A stretch of 63,671 bases of DNA, filler included, from Guillardia theta CCMP2712 (taxonomy: Eukaryota > Protista > Cryptophyta): NCBI RefSeq assembly GCF_000315625.1. It is 3 parts of 3 records of this genome, joined end to end, with 100 filler letters (N's around TTAATTAATTAA, not from the genome) between each part and the next. Parts side by side here need not be neighbours in the genome. Positions count along the whole stretch, not along the records: positions 1 to 28,336 come from NW_005434589.1; positions 28,437 to 54,661 come from NW_005434456.1; 1 more part is not named here. One strand, given 5' to 3'. A program made the position numbers and the translations under genes. Below are positions 25,139 to 38,600 of the stretch, in pieces. How positions within the stretch are numbered: the stretch's first letter is position 1; each line of letters starts with the position of its first letter. Below the pieces are notes generated by a model. That model saw only the letters and a list, made by a program, of their open reading frames with translations. It was not told the origin of the DNA and made no database searches.

Positions 25139-25900
25139 AATAATAATAATACAGACATTGAATTGTATTCAGACATGGACTTGTGTTGAGAGATTGCATT
25201 GTATTCAAACGGACTCCGCCTGAAACTCCTCGACTCTCCTGATTGTCCTCGTACTGATTTTAACTTAACTTTGAGTAAAGAAGAAAACAACTTGAAGCAC
25301 GGTGCGCAGCATCGACTCTGATTCCCGGTTGAGAACTATGTAATCATGTGAGTCCACAGAGGAATGATGCAAGTTCAGCTGAGCACAGAAGAACTCTGGG
25401 CAGCGGAGGGAAATGGGGTCACGGGTGCCTCCCTTTCCCTTCCCCTCCCCTTCCCTTCCCTTCCCTTCCCTTCCCTTCCCCTTCCCTTCCCTAAGTTCCC
25501 CTCCCCTCTCTTCCCCTTCCCCTCCCCTCCCTTTCCCTTCTCTCCCCCTTCCCTTCTCCCTCCATCTTTTCCCCTACTATGGCCTTTTGCCGCCGGGTCT
25601 GATTGGGCCCGGGGCCCACTGCCACGGGTGGCACTGCCACAGGACTCACTAGTATCAGTATCATCGCGAGTCGTAAGTAAACTGTACGGTCAGGCACAGT
25701 CCCTCAGGCCCTTGTCTGGCATCGGAGCCGGGATCATAGTAGGGCCAGCATGATGTACGCCGGTACGGGCGCAGCCGCAGCGGCCGGGCAGTGCCACCGT
25801 GGCACTCCGAGACTCGGCACGCGGCCCGGCGGGGGCCCGGCCAGGCCTGAGGCCCCGGGCCCGTTGGCGGTGGCGTCGACTCGCCATGCCAGGTGACAGT

Positions 25901-26221
25901 GATGGAACGTATGCCAGCCGTGCCAGTCAGATAGCGCCGAGTTAACAAAAACTCTCCTGTAAACCAAGACGACTTACGTGTTTCAAGGCGGCATGTAGCG
26001 TGTGGGACGAAGAGGGGGCTTTCCTAGCCGTTTTGTTAAGGTCCTCTCATGTCTGGATGCTGGGGTTTCACCTCCTAGCATACAGACGGTCTATCTCTCA
26101 TGTGCTCCTCAATCATAAGTTCTGGTTTTGTGTGCATTAAATTCGGTCTTGAGCATAAACTGTCACACTTTTTTTCTGGTTTTGTGTGCATTAAATTCGG
26201 TCTTGAGCATAAACTGTCACA
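25901..26221 (+). repeat. dispersed repeat, probable 3' part of an LTR; terminal 48 bp duplicated
   Basis: 25901-25998 matches the reverse complement of ~54776-54868. It ends in ...CATAAACTGTCACA twice (26167, 26221). Confidence 0.65.
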
Positions 26222-26234
26222 GAATTGAGGATCG

Positions 26235-28316
26235 GCGCGGAGCTGGCGAGGCGTCTCCGTCCCTCACTGTGACGTCGGGTGCCTCCCGGCCCCAGAGCTC
26301 GAACGACGGTGACCACTGGCACTAGGGCACTACCTCGAGCGGTACCGTGTTCCCGTGTCCAGCCTCCCTCCGTCACGGGCCGCTGCCCCAGGCGGACCCC
26401 CGGGCAGCGCCGGCTCCTTGTCGGCGGCTGCCCTTTCTCCGTCCGCGGCCGCCCGCTTTGTGGCGGCAGCGGACGTCTCGACTGACAGTGGTCAGTCGGC
26501 TGCCTCCGGGTATCGCGTCTAAGGGATTTTATTCCTCCTGCATGCTCCTGCTGCTTGTTGCATGATTGCTCAGTGACCCTTAGGCTGCTTGTCTGCGCGG
26601 CTTCGCGCTTGGGCTGGCGGTGCCGCGTCTAGGTGCCAGCAGTGCTGGTTCTTTTCGGGCTTGTGTTTTGTGTGTGATTGTGCAGCTTCTCGCTGTGCGC
26701 TGTGTGCCAGGAGGTTTAGCTTGATCCTGCTTTATTTTGCTTGTTGCATAAGATAATGGATTTACTGGCAGAAGGTAAAAAGTGCCTCTCTCCCTCAAGC
26801 AAAACAAAGCAGAATATGCTATGACTACTCCTCCTCGAGCGTTCATCCCTCTTGCCATCTCGACGGACGGTACCCTGCATCTTGACACCCTCCGCTTCAT
26901 CTGGTATCTCGCGGACATCATTGCTCAGCGCTCGATGCCTCTTGAGGATGCGGCGTTTGGTCGGCACTTTGTTCCTGATGACGGACCTGCTGCTGAGGTC
27001 TTGGCTCGCAAACGCGCCGCCACCCGCGGCTATCAGCGCCTCACTATGCAGCTGACGCTGGAGGCGCTTCATTCCTCCCCCTGCGCAGCGAAATGTGACC
27101 CCTCTTGTCATGCGCGTCTTCCCTCGCCATGTGCATGCTCGCGCTGCGCTGACCGATCAGCAGCGTGATATCCTCACCTTGCACAGCCGCAGGACACACT
27201 CGCTCAAGTCGCAGGATAGGGTCTTGCAGTCTACCATCTTCGCTCATTTTCCTGAGCGAGACCTGAGCCACTCTCCGATGCGAGTCTCGAGCTACTACCC
27301 CCTCAAGGCCTTCCCGCACCGCTATGCTCAGATGCTCGACTGCTATCTCCATGGCATGCCGATCTGCCAGTGTCCGACGGAATGTGATGGATGTCAGCGC
27401 GAGCTCGATCCCTCCGTTGCTGCACATCATCTCCAGACCTGCAAACGCCGATCCTCCAAGCTTCCCACGGCGCATGACAACCTTACTCGTACGATTCGGT
27501 CGATGCTGAACGAAGCTGGTCTTCAGAGCGTCATCGATACAGTGGGGGATCCTCGTTCTCGACGGCAGGTACCCTCCCATCCTCATGGCCGCAAGATGAA
27601 GGGCGATATCCACATGCCGCGTCTGGGTGCCAGCAGTGCTGGTTCTTTTCGGGCTTGTGTTTTGTGTGTGTTTGTGCAGCCTCTTCTCGCTGTGGACTGT
27701 GTGCCTGCCGGTTCAGCTTGTTCCTGCTTTGTTTTGCTTGAGCCTCCGGCACTTTTTACCTTCTGCCAGTAAATCCTATGCTTGTTTAGCAGCAAGCACC
27801 CCAGTGGTGTCGAGCTCTCCGGAGGCACCCGACGTCACAGTGAGGGACGGAGACGCCTCCGAGTCGCCAGCTCCGCGCCCATCGTCGGGGCCACTCGAAG
27901 GGTTTCCCCCATCGGAGTCGGAGACCTCCGGCGAAGACTCCTCGGGCGACTCGACAAAGTCCGAGGAGGAGCTGTCCTCTGGCTCGAGAAGTGCTTGCGC
28001 CCGCAAGGGCGTCATGCGCCTCGCACCAGACAAGAGCGCTTCCAGCGTCAGCTGCATGGTGAGGCGCTGATAGGTGGCGGCGCGTTTGCGAGCCAAGACC
28101 TCAGCAGCACTGCGGCAGGTCCGTCATCAGGCACGAAGTGCCGACCAAACGCCGCATCCTCAAGAGGCATCGAGCGCTGAGCAATGATGTCCGCCAAATA
28201 CCAGATCATCCGATGAAGCGGAGGGTGTCAGGATGCAGGGTACCGTCCGTCGAGATGGCAAGAGGGATGAACGCTCGAGGAGGAGTAGTCATAGCATATG
28301 CAGCGCGATGTTGATG
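26235..28316. mobile_element. scrambled cluster of RLE-type non-LTR retrotransposon 3' fragments in both orientations
   Basis: 27095-27615(+) has CDGC...HHLQTC zinc knuckle, AHDNL and KGD. 26812-27070(+) and 28316-27790(-) encode RAFIPLAISTDG.LH.DTLRF. The 3' UTR is duplicated at 26620-26745 and 27614-27740. Confidence 0.8.
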
Positions 28317-28436
28317 TTTGCGAATCTTCTCAGACGNNNNNNNNNNNNNNNNNNNNNNNNNNNNNNNNNNNNNNNNNNNNTTAATTAATTAANNNNNNNN
28401 NNNNNNNNNNNNNNNNNNNNNNNNNNNNNNNNNNNN

Positions 28437-28592
<156 letters not shown>

Positions 28593-28602
28593 TTAACTTC
28601 AC

Positions 28603-29353
28603 CTAGAATGTCGAACAAGTTCCAACCACTGAAAAAGAAATCTCTGGGGTACGAGTAAGTCAAACCATCGAAGCAGGAGACAGAAGGCATTCAAGAGTGT
28701 TGGTGACTTGGGTTATTGCGAGCAAACATTGTAGATGCATTCTATCAGTTTGCTAACAAGACAAGGACATTCTCTTGCCAGGGATTGTGTTCGTAGGTGA
28801 AGTACAACAATGCAATGTTAAAGAGCAACGTATCTTTCAATAACTCCTCGCCAGTGTGTCGACAACATCGTTCAAGTGCAACAAAGGCAACAAACACGCA
28901 TGGCGCTCGTGTACACACCTGAACCAGTTGGCAAACGCGTTCAGCGACAGTTCGATAGTGAAGATTCTGACAGCGCAAGACCAACATGTCACTTGACCCG
29001 CCCGACGCAACAAGACAAACTCTTCACAACACACATGGTGAAAGCCAACTCGAGCTCCTGCAAGGTACGAAACGTCAACCATCCCCACCCGCACGATCCG
29101 TCGATCTCACATCAAGAGTGTGGTACAACGATGAATCTTGCGCCGGCTGGGAGGAATCTAGTTCAGAGCACGTTGCAGACACGGCTCCCGATAGCTTCAC
29201 CTGCACCTCAACTTCTACGATCTTGCTCACGAAGTTTGCGATAATGACGAACGCAATGAGTCCCTGTCAACAGATCTCAACGGTCGGAACCGAGTGAACT
29301 TGTCAAAATCTTGCCTGCAAGGGATCCGAGTCGTAAATCTTTCTTGCCTTGCT
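28603..29353 (-). CDS. voltage-gated cation channel fragment (S1-S3) in micro-exons; remainder in or beyond assembly gaps
   Basis: Manual splicing gives SKARKIYDSDPLQ/GLIAFVIIANFVSKIVEVEVQ/PAQDSSLYHTLD/ELELAFTI/IFTIELSLNAFANWFR/DFFFSGWNLFDIL, containing the S2 F..E and S3 WN.FD motifs. Confidence 0.75.
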
Positions 29354-29440
29354 CTGAAGGACAAGGAGAGATGAACCCCTGAGGCGCTAAAAGACAGCTT
29401 AAAGCTCATGTTCGCCATCATTTCCATCCTCTCAGTCATA

Positions 29441-29501
29441 TCGTCATCTCCATCATCATCATCGTCGTCGTCGTCGTCGTCATCATCATCATCATCATCA
29501 T

Positions 29502-29541
<40 letters not shown>

Positions 29542-29569
29542 TCCTATCTCCATACATCATCCTCGTCAT
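29441..29569. repeat. (CAT/CGT)n trinucleotide microsatellite
   Basis: Direct reading; abuts a gap. Confidence 0.9.
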
Positions 29570-30204
29570 NNNNNNNNNNNNNNNNNNNNNNNNNNNNNNN
29601 NNNNNNNNNNNNNNNNNNNNNNNNNNNNNNNNNNNNNNNNNNNNNNNNNNNNNNNNNNNNNNNNNNNNNTGTACACCCTCATCGCCGCTATCATCTTTCT
29701 CTCCCCTCGCGCTGCTAACCCACTCAGCCAACCGATCTTGTACCAGCTCTCAACAGAGAGGAGCAGGGGATGTAGCAACGACACTAGAGTCTCTCAGCTT
29801 CCTTGCGATCCCTAGGGAGCTGTGTTTCATTCTCAACCTCCCATCCTCTCTCTCTCTCTCGCTCACGCTCTCTCCGCTTCTCCTCTCTTTCCAAACTTCC
29901 GCCCCGCCGCCATGTATCAAGTAAGTTTACTTTTTTTTTTGTGGAGCATATTCCGTACTTTGACTCTTTTTTCAGTCTCTTAGCTCCTCGGATAGCCCGG
30001 CCGCTCGGTCCGGGGAGCCGCCGGCCCGGGCCGCCGCCGACCGTCGGACCATCGGACTCGCTGGCCGCTGAGTGCCCGGAGTCCGGTCGGACTCACTGGC
30101 GGTGCCACTCAGAGCGCGGCCGGCCCGCGGGGCCGCCGGGCATCGGCCTCTAAGCATCGGAAAGTAATGATGAAGAAGTTCTTTCAAGGCTCAATGGAAC
30201 AAGT

Positions 30205-31510
30205 TTATACTGGTTGACCAGGCCTGTCAATCGCTAACTTTCAGAAGCACCTTTCCTGTCGCCTGCAAATCCGACGGTCACAAAGGATCCGAAAGTTTGA
30301 AGAGAGTAGATTTAGAACCTTTCGGCCCGCCAAGGAATTAAGTGCCAAATACGCATCTTCGAGGGGATACTCTGCACTGACGTGCGGCTTAACCTTTCCA
30401 GCGCTGCCAACCTTGTGAGATGTGCGAACAAGAGGAAGCACAGTTGGTGTACAGGTACAACTCCATGATGCTCTTGATTTGTTGCTGCAACCTCTGAGGT
30501 TCCCTGCGACAAGAGTCGGAGATATCAAAGGAAGAAGAGCTCTGTACCTCATGGCGAAACTGCCCCAGAACACGCCGTGAATGGAGCAACCCTTCAGCAA
30601 GGGGATGTTCAAAGGGATCTTCGGAATCTCTCCGGATGCAAATCCTTGGAGGCTTCACAAACTTGCGGCATCATCAATGGAAGGGGTGTTACCAATGACA
30701 AGGTATCGGCCGTTCCACTTGACGTTCCTCAGCGCTGTCTCGGTGAGATCTCCACCTACCGGGTCATAGACTATGTCGGCTCCTTCGGGCGCAACCTTCG
30801 TGAGCATGTTAGAGCACGCATCACAGCTTGCAATGTCAGTCATGCACTGATGATCCCTGAAGCCGTACCTCTTTCATCGCTTTCTTCAGGTCGTCCTTCT
30901 TGTAGTTTATCAGTACATCCGCCCCCCGGGCCTTGCACAGCTCAAGCTTCGAATCTTCGGATGCGGTGGCGATCACCTTAGCTCCCTGAGCCTTGGCCAG
31001 CTCCAGCGCGGCAAGCCCGACTCCCCCAGAGGCTCCAAGGATCAGTACGGTATCGCTAGCCTTGATCGCTCCGTGATGGTGGAGGGCGTAGTATGAAGTT
31101 CCGTACGCCATGAGCAAGCTTGCTCCATCCTTGAAGTCCATTCCCTCCGGCATCTTGATCAAGTTATGCCGGGACACGGATACTTCTTCTGCGAAGGCGC
31201 CCCAAGGAACAAACCCGATCACCCGATCTCCAGCCTGCAGATGCTTGACCTCCTCCCCGGTAGTTTTCACGGTCCCTGAGAACTCAAACCCAGGACTGAA
31301 CTCTTTCTCTGGTTTCATCTGATACTTCCCTTGTGCGATGAGCACGTCCGGGAAGTTCACTGCTGCAACTTTCACCGAGACCACGACCTCGCCCTTCTTT
31401 GGCGTGAGAGACGGAAAGGTCTTGAGGGGCAATTGATCCTTGCTGAAAGGCGGAGGCGGCAGGTCACCATGGCAGGAGATGGCCTTGAAGCTTGAGCTCC
31501 ACCTCCTCAT
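30205..31510 (-). CDS. NADPH:quinone oxidoreductase (zeta-crystallin-like, MDR superfamily), multi-exon
   Basis: AAVNFPD, SPGFEFSG, LGASGGVGLAA, GADIVYDPVGG and LLKGCSIHGVFWG; last exon ATGKVLL...stop at 30205. The start may lie further upstream (presequence). Confidence 0.92.
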
Positions 31511-32179
31511 TGTGTGCGGGGTGATCTGGCATGATCCTGTAAAAATCCTCGACTTGCTGAGCGAAAATGCCGCGCAGAATGACATGCGGCCATTCAGCCG
31601 ATGCATCTGCAAAGGGAACAGCGATAAGTGGAGGGCTTCGGTTCATCAAAACAACAAGATGAGCTCCTAGCACAATGACAGGTATTTTGTCTTATCCCCT
31701 CTCTCCTGTTCTGTTGTCCGCCTCATCTCCCCACCTCCGTTCTCCTGCACTGTCTTGCTATGCACTAACTGAACCTCCTCACTTCAACCCTGTTCTCACC
31801 TTCCCTTCACTTCCCTTCCCTCCTGTCATCTCCTCTCCTGTCATCTCCTCTCCTGTCATCTCCTCTACTTAACCCTCCTCTACTCTCTTCCTCTCTTCCT
31901 CCTCTCTCCTCTCTTCGTTTCTTCTGCACTAGCAGATCTTCATTGCGACTCGTATCTTTGTGCTTGGAAAAACTGAGTGTACTGTGATATTTAAAATTTT
32001 CTATAGGTAAATATATATATTACAAAAATTAAAATGATTCATCCCTGATAGAAATATAAAATAAGTACTAAATAGTTACTTAATTACCTTTGTAAATTCC
32101 CCAAAAAGAAGAGTACTGTAAATGTTATAATTCATAAATTCAACTTTTAAAACTTCAATGCTTTCGGTCTGCCACAGCC

Positions 32180-32299
32180 AGCAATGCGGTTGCTCGAGCA
32201 GCAGTCAGACGAGCAGCAGAGGCAGCAGGAGGAAAGAGGGCAAGAAGAGGAGAAGAATGAGCAGAGACGGGAGGTTGAAAGGGGGCAGGAAGAGGAGCT

Positions 32300-32337
<38 letters not shown>

Positions 32338-32730
32338 GACAGGAGGGGGAACAAGGTGGGAAAACGAGAACGAGGAGAGGTGGTGGTGGTGGTGGTGACG
32401 GCGGCGGCGGCGGCGGCGGCATCAGAGTTGGAAGGATCAGATGCAGGATCAAGAGGGGGGGCATTAGAAGCAGAGGGACTTGGACAGCAACAGTCGCAGA
32501 GGCAGCAGCAGAGTCAAAGGGAGCAGTGATATGTCAAGCAGCAGGGTAAGATGCAACAGCATCAGAACAGTTGCAGCCGACTCAGGGTCAGAAGGAAGAG
32601 GCCAGCCATCATTGTTAGTAGCAGCAGCCGTCAGGAGGAGGGGCAGAAGAAGCAGATCAAACAGTAGAAACAGCGCAGGGTCAACAAGCAACGAGCAAAT
32701 GGCAGGGTCGAGAACTGGCGCGGCACAAGC
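32180..32730. repeat. (CAG)n/(GGT/GGC)n-rich low-complexity region
   Basis: Direct reading. Confidence 0.75.
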
Positions 32731-32974
32731 ATAGGCAGGTGCTCTAGGAATATGTGAAGCGGACAGAGTGAACCATTAGGAAAGGGAATATGAGGGGATA
32801 TAGGACAGGGGATATAGGACAGGGGATGTTCTTAGCAGCAAGGTATGAGGGAAAGGTCATGCGATGGGTGGTGTTAGTGGAAAAGTGACCCCTTATGTGA
32901 TGAATCTGGGTAGCTTGATCAGTGCTGGCTCAGCCTACGACATGCAATCTTCATCTGGAAGCAACCCATCACAG

Positions 32975-33760
32975 GTATCCTGCGATTCTTGGTGGAATTT
33001 CCTCTAACCCGGTCCACTGGAGGTTGCTGCAAGGAACTGTCGAAGGTTGCAGCGAGGTAACACAGGACGGGTCGAGCATGAAGTCGGCGACTGACAGGCA
33101 TCCATTTACAGAACTGGCGGATCTCATCACTGGCGGGATCTTCCACGTTGAGGAAGGAGCAGCAGGGAGCACGGTGAAGTGTCTCGATGGGATGTACTGG
33201 GACCTGACTTGCACCCAGCGGTGGGTTGTGAAGATCCGTGGAGCAGAAGGCACATTCTATCATGGCGAAGTTTTCAGGTCGATGAGCAACAGCTCTGTTT
33301 GGAGATATTTCACTCAAGCGCAGACTGCAATTCGTTTTCCCTCCTGAGTACCCCATCGAAGCCCCAGAAGTCGTTTTCCTACATCCAGCTCCTATCCATC
33401 CCCATATTTACAGGTAACTCTCTAACCTGATGGCTCGGAGCAGCGGTGAAACTCCTGCTCCCCTAGCAACGGCCATATCTGTCTCTCAATTCTTTACGAT
33501 GGCGGCTGGTCTCCGGCGCTGAAGGTGCTCATGATTGCAAACCGGAGGATATCATGACGAATTCCCTCAGGTCGAATCAGTTTGCCTGAGTATCCTTTCC
33601 ATGCTGTCGAGTGCAGAAGCAAAGCGACCTCCTGAGGACAATGACAACTATGTCAGGACGTGCAGCTCCTCGCCCAAGAAGACGTGAGTCGCTGTTTTGC
33701 TGTGGCTGCTCGCTGACGGAGGATGTAAGTCGTTGGGTCTTCCATGACAACAAAGCATGA
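32975..33760 (+). CDS. UBE2W: ubiquitin-conjugating enzyme E2, UBE2W/plant UBC16-like, multi-exon
   Basis: Spliced: RWVVKIRGAEGTFYHGEVFR/LQFVFPPEYPIEAPEVVFLHPAPIHPHIYS/NGHICLSILYDGGWSPALK/VESVCLSILSMLSS..RPPEDND.YV..SPKKT/RWVFHDNKA*. HPH-I-YSNGHIC and W.FHD are characteristic of this subfamily. Start unresolved. Confidence 0.9.
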
Positions 33761-35627
33761 TGCTACCGTACTTACTTCGATCGTCCTGATGTTACCAAAC
33801 TCGAAGCTGCGGATCATACAGAGCAACGGAATTGTATGGAGGATTGCAGGACAACTCTAGCTTTACAGTGTAAATACTTGTTTTTGTGTGAAGTTTGTCT
33901 AGAGATGCTTCGGATCACTGTGAGTCAGTGACCCTTGTCAACCCGTCTTCATAACGGCACCTCAGTCACGAGTTGTTTCTCGGCAAAGAAGCATCTCAAA
34001 CTCGGAATGTTGCCGCCTTTCACGGTGTCGAGCCCAGACTCAGCCGGCCCGGCCAGGTAGCCTACTGCGAGAAACTCCGACGGGACCTCCGAGTCCGGCG
34101 GCCACTGAGGCTGCCCGGGCCGGGTTCCGAAGTTGCAAAGTTGATTTTTTACTAAACTTTTATATATACCGAAATCATCTGTACTATTATCTTTCATATA
34201 TGTTATTAATTCAGTACTGATATCTTTTTCGGCAGCGTTTCTGGTATGACTTAGTACCACTCTAAAACTATGTAAAAATTTCTTGTGAAGATCTCGTAGT
34301 ACCGTAGGGAGCTGGTACCTGATCACCCCACCCCTACCGTACCATACCCGAAAACTGGCAGCCTCTGTTGTACCCACCGGTCATTACCCGTCAGTAAGTA
34401 AGTTGTTAGATTGGAGATCGGTAGGGGTAATGACCCCCACCCCTGGTGCTCATTGTAACAAAGTACCGTAACCCCTGGTCACTTTAGAGTTGAAACAGTA
34501 CGCTGACCTGGAGATATGAAGCACGTCGGGTCCCCAGTAAACTTGGTAGTGTGCACATAGCAATAGGGTGGGGTAGGGGTGATTTACCCCAGGGGGTCGG
34601 GGTGGTACGGTCTGTCTGCCGGGAGGAGCTAGATGACCAGGGGTAGTTTGACCGGTAATACTCCAGCCACTACCGGTACCCGAGCCTACGACAACTACCA
34701 GTCCTCAGGTCCTGCTGAGGCCAGCCCGCCTTCTAATCATATCAGAACTACCCCACCCTGTCTGTTTGACCGTGGACTGCCTACCCTACCCCCAGTTTTT
34801 TTCAGGCTTCACTCTACATCCCTACCTGCAGATTCGCACGACCCAACGGCTGTTGACCTCAAACAACCCCACCCCATAGATCCCCCTCTCCAAGTAGGCT
34901 CATGACCCCTTGGCCGACTCATACCACCCCACCCGTTCTACATTAATGTGAACTTCCCATGCTGTACCACCCCTTCCTACAACACCCAGGTAGAGGAACC
35001 CAGGGTCCTCTCAGCTTTACTATCACCGGTTGTACGTCCTGATCACCTGTTACTACCGGTGTGGAGTGTGTGAAATATGAGGGATCCTCTGCTGGGTCTG
35101 ACGCCTGGCTGTGGGTGGGTGCCGTGGTATGGGTTCAACAAGGGTGGGTGACACAGTGTGGGGGTAGGGTAGCAATCAATCTGCAAAGATTCCAGGGGGT
35201 GGTCTAGATGGGGGCAGGCGAATCCGGTCACGACATGGGACTTGTTTGGGACTTCCCGGGGTAGTAGGTCGGGATGATTGTGGGGTGGGGTACACTACCA
35301 GCAGATGGGGTGGTGGTAGGGACAAGTAGCGGTGTCGTAGAAGAAGGAAGAAGATTAAGAGATATCTAATGGGTGGGGGTGGTGATGACACCCCTGCTGT
35401 AGACTAGATCTCAGGTGAATATACTACCCTAGGGGTGATGCAATGGCTATTTGTGGGGGGTATTCGGAAGAAGGCGCACTGAAGGGGTTGTGTATTGATA
35501 AAGGTACGAGTAGATGGGGGGGTACTGAGAGGTTGCCATAGGGGTGGAGACCACAGGGTGAGAGAGATAGGGGGGTGGGGGTGGTTGAAGAAAGGGTTTG
35601 GGGGAATGGTCTATCGCTGATCAGCGC

Positions 35628-38600
35628 ATGGCTGAAGCTGCGAGGAAGGAGGAATGGCAGTATTCATCAGCACACGCAGCGATAGCGATCATGACAGTCC
35701 ATCAGGTATCCCTGTCCTGTGAATCAAGAAAGCTCCCTTGCTTCTCTGTCCGCATGTTTGTTTTTACGATGCTCGATTACTTTAAAATGCATGCATTGCC
35801 GTTGTATTCGATTCGTGTGAAGCCAATTATTTCCGCATAGTGTTGAGAATAAGTCCAATGGATTTATGCGATTGTTCCTAAAATTCTATCGAGTGCTATG
35901 CTGAGAACGAAAGTTTGCTGTCTATCGATGAGAAGTCGTGCCTGTTTTCCGTTGGTAAATTGTGATATGGCAGGCTAGCAGGAAAGAGCCTCTTAGAACC
36001 TTGAGTTGATCTCAACCAGATGAGATCCAAATATTGAGGAGATTTTGACGCTGATGCGAGCAAAGTAGTACCAAACTACATACCTCCCGTCATGGAACGG
36101 CAGGCTGAAACTAGTGAAAAGAAAGCGAAGAAGAAATCCACGATACTCTCTTCACGAGTTCGGGTGTTCCCAGAGACTGTTGCAGATGGATCGAATGGCT
36201 CCAACTCGTCTTTGCATCCTCGTAACGGGGAGGGGCAGGGAGGTCAAGCAAGTGCCAAAGTGGGAACAGAACCGTTGTCGGCTCCCATCGATACACAAAG
36301 AAACGAGTCTGAAACAGGCAGCACCGGCAGCACCGGCAGCACCGGCAGCACGAAGAGTTCAGAGATGCCAGTAATTGTAAACACATCTTCTTGCCTTGCA
36401 CTCACCTTCTTTCTAAGGATCAATTTGCCTTGCAGAGTGCGGAGATATCTGACATGCCCATGAGACTTGCGCTTGAGGCGCTGCAGGTAGTTTGCAGCAG
36501 GCTCCTTGTGATCTGCATCTCTGATTCCATGGCAGAGTGGAGATTATGATGCTCTGGCAAAAGTTTCTGCTTCTGTCTCTCAGCAACCTCCGCAAGGTTT
36601 TCTTGTTGATGACTTAAAGAGAAGCACGAGCTACACCTCTGACGACACCGGTACACCCCTTAACCTCTGGGTTGCTTGTTCGATGGTTTCCTGACTGAAT
36701 TTTAACCACGTAGAAGTGATCCACTCTCGAAAGCACAATGGTCAAGAGATTGTGAGCGCTTTATGATGATTTCTCTTTCAACTGACACTCGGATACCTGC
36801 AGATTCGAAATGATGATGGTATTATAACAAGGTAGTAACGCACCCTGTACATAGCGTTCTCACCTTGGAATTGAACGAGATCGTTTTTTTGTCTAGGTTG
36901 GATCAAAAGCGGAAAGAGAATGACAAGCTGCCACAAGGATCCCAGAAGACGTGGTTGGAGGAAATTGAACAGTCCTCTGGATCAATATCGCATGGATGGA
37001 ACGAGGAAAGCAGTAATTTTGTCACTCCTGATACAATCGTTTCAAAAAACCAAAACAGAAATCGCTCAGGCAGGCACAAAGCAACTTTGTTGAATGATGA
37101 AAATGAGATATCGGAAGACGCAGCAAGTCAAGAGGAGATGGAAATCATTCCATCGAGAGAAAATGGTTCTGGTGTTACAGAAAAGGTTATAGGTAAGGAT
37201 GATAACGGAGAAGGCAAAATTGTTCATCCCTTCGAAATTCCCGGAGGCGACGATCATGAAGATGAAGAGCCTGCAGACGAAGGTCTTGTCCACAGAGATC
37301 TGGAGGTTCCAAAATCTGAACAATTTGATCAAATGTCGGAGGATTTTGAAAAGGAAAACTCCACGCTAGTCACCGAGGAGGTTGCTCAGATTCATGATGA
37401 GGATGATGAGAACATTTTGGTTGGAAAACTACGAAAGCAGGATCACACGGTAACAACAACGTTGATCGCAACATTTAAGGGAGACGATGTTGAAGAGATT
37501 CAAGAGGTAAGGACGACTTCAAGCTATCGTTTGAATGACTAGTGCCTATCCAGAGAAACCTTGGCCATGACGACGATGATTACGACGAATCGGATCTCGA
37601 GCTCCTCAAATGGAGGGCGAGATGGTACACGAACAGGTCTTTGTCCTGTCTCACCCTTGAGAACCCCATGAGAAGAAAAGCTTGCGATCTTGTGGAGTGG
37701 AAGTGGTTCGACAGGTTGATCATGGTAGTGATTGCAGCGAACTGTGTCAGCATGGCGACTCAAGACCCGAACAATGTTGATTCTAACTCCTACTCGAATG
37801 TCATGCACTACAAATTCTCTATTTTTTTCTGGTGCGTCTTTGTGACTGAAGCATGTATCAAAATAACTGCCTTTGGATTCATCCGTGGACGGGGCACGTA
37901 CCTTAGAGACGGATGGAATTGTTTGGATTTTTTCATCGTCGTGACAGGAGCTTTTGAGTTTTTGCCAGCAACAGCTGCTGGCTCGCAGTCTGTGATTTTG
38001 AGGACTTTCCGTCTTCTGCGTCCATTGCGCGCGCTGAGAGCGATCGGGCGATTTAAGGAACTGAGGATGCTGGTAGAACTCCTTATCGGCTGTATACCCA
38101 TGCTTGCAAATGTCTTTGGGTTGATCTCGTTCATAATCTTCATCTTTGGTATCTTGGGGATTCAGCTATGGGGAGGCATCTTACGAGGGCATTGCTACGA
38201 CATCGATACAGGGCTTGCGGATCCTAACGAGGCCAACATATGCAGCAACGGCTCGGGAATGGTGGTTTGCCCTGCAAATGAACATTGCCTCCAAATATAT
38301 TCTAATCCAAGATTTGGAATACTGTCGTTCGATACGATTGGCAACACGATGTTTATGATTTTTCATGTCATGGTTCAGCAAAATTGGACCACACATATGT
38401 ACTGGACTTGGGATTCCTTTTCGTTTTGGACGTGGATATATTTTGTGACATTGGATCTTGTTGGACCCATGTTTGCGATTCAGCTTTTTCTAGTCGTCGT
38501 CGCGAGCAAGTACGCAGACGCAAAAGCGGCACAAGTCGAGGTAAGAATAATCGCTTGTATTCTAGGGTAACCATAGTGATGTTGCACATCAGGCGGAGAG

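Noticed and set aside
28381-28392. TTAATTAATTAA island within Ns (also at ~54706-54717)
   Set aside because: Identical spacer inside gaps, with stops in all frames; a scaffolding artefact.
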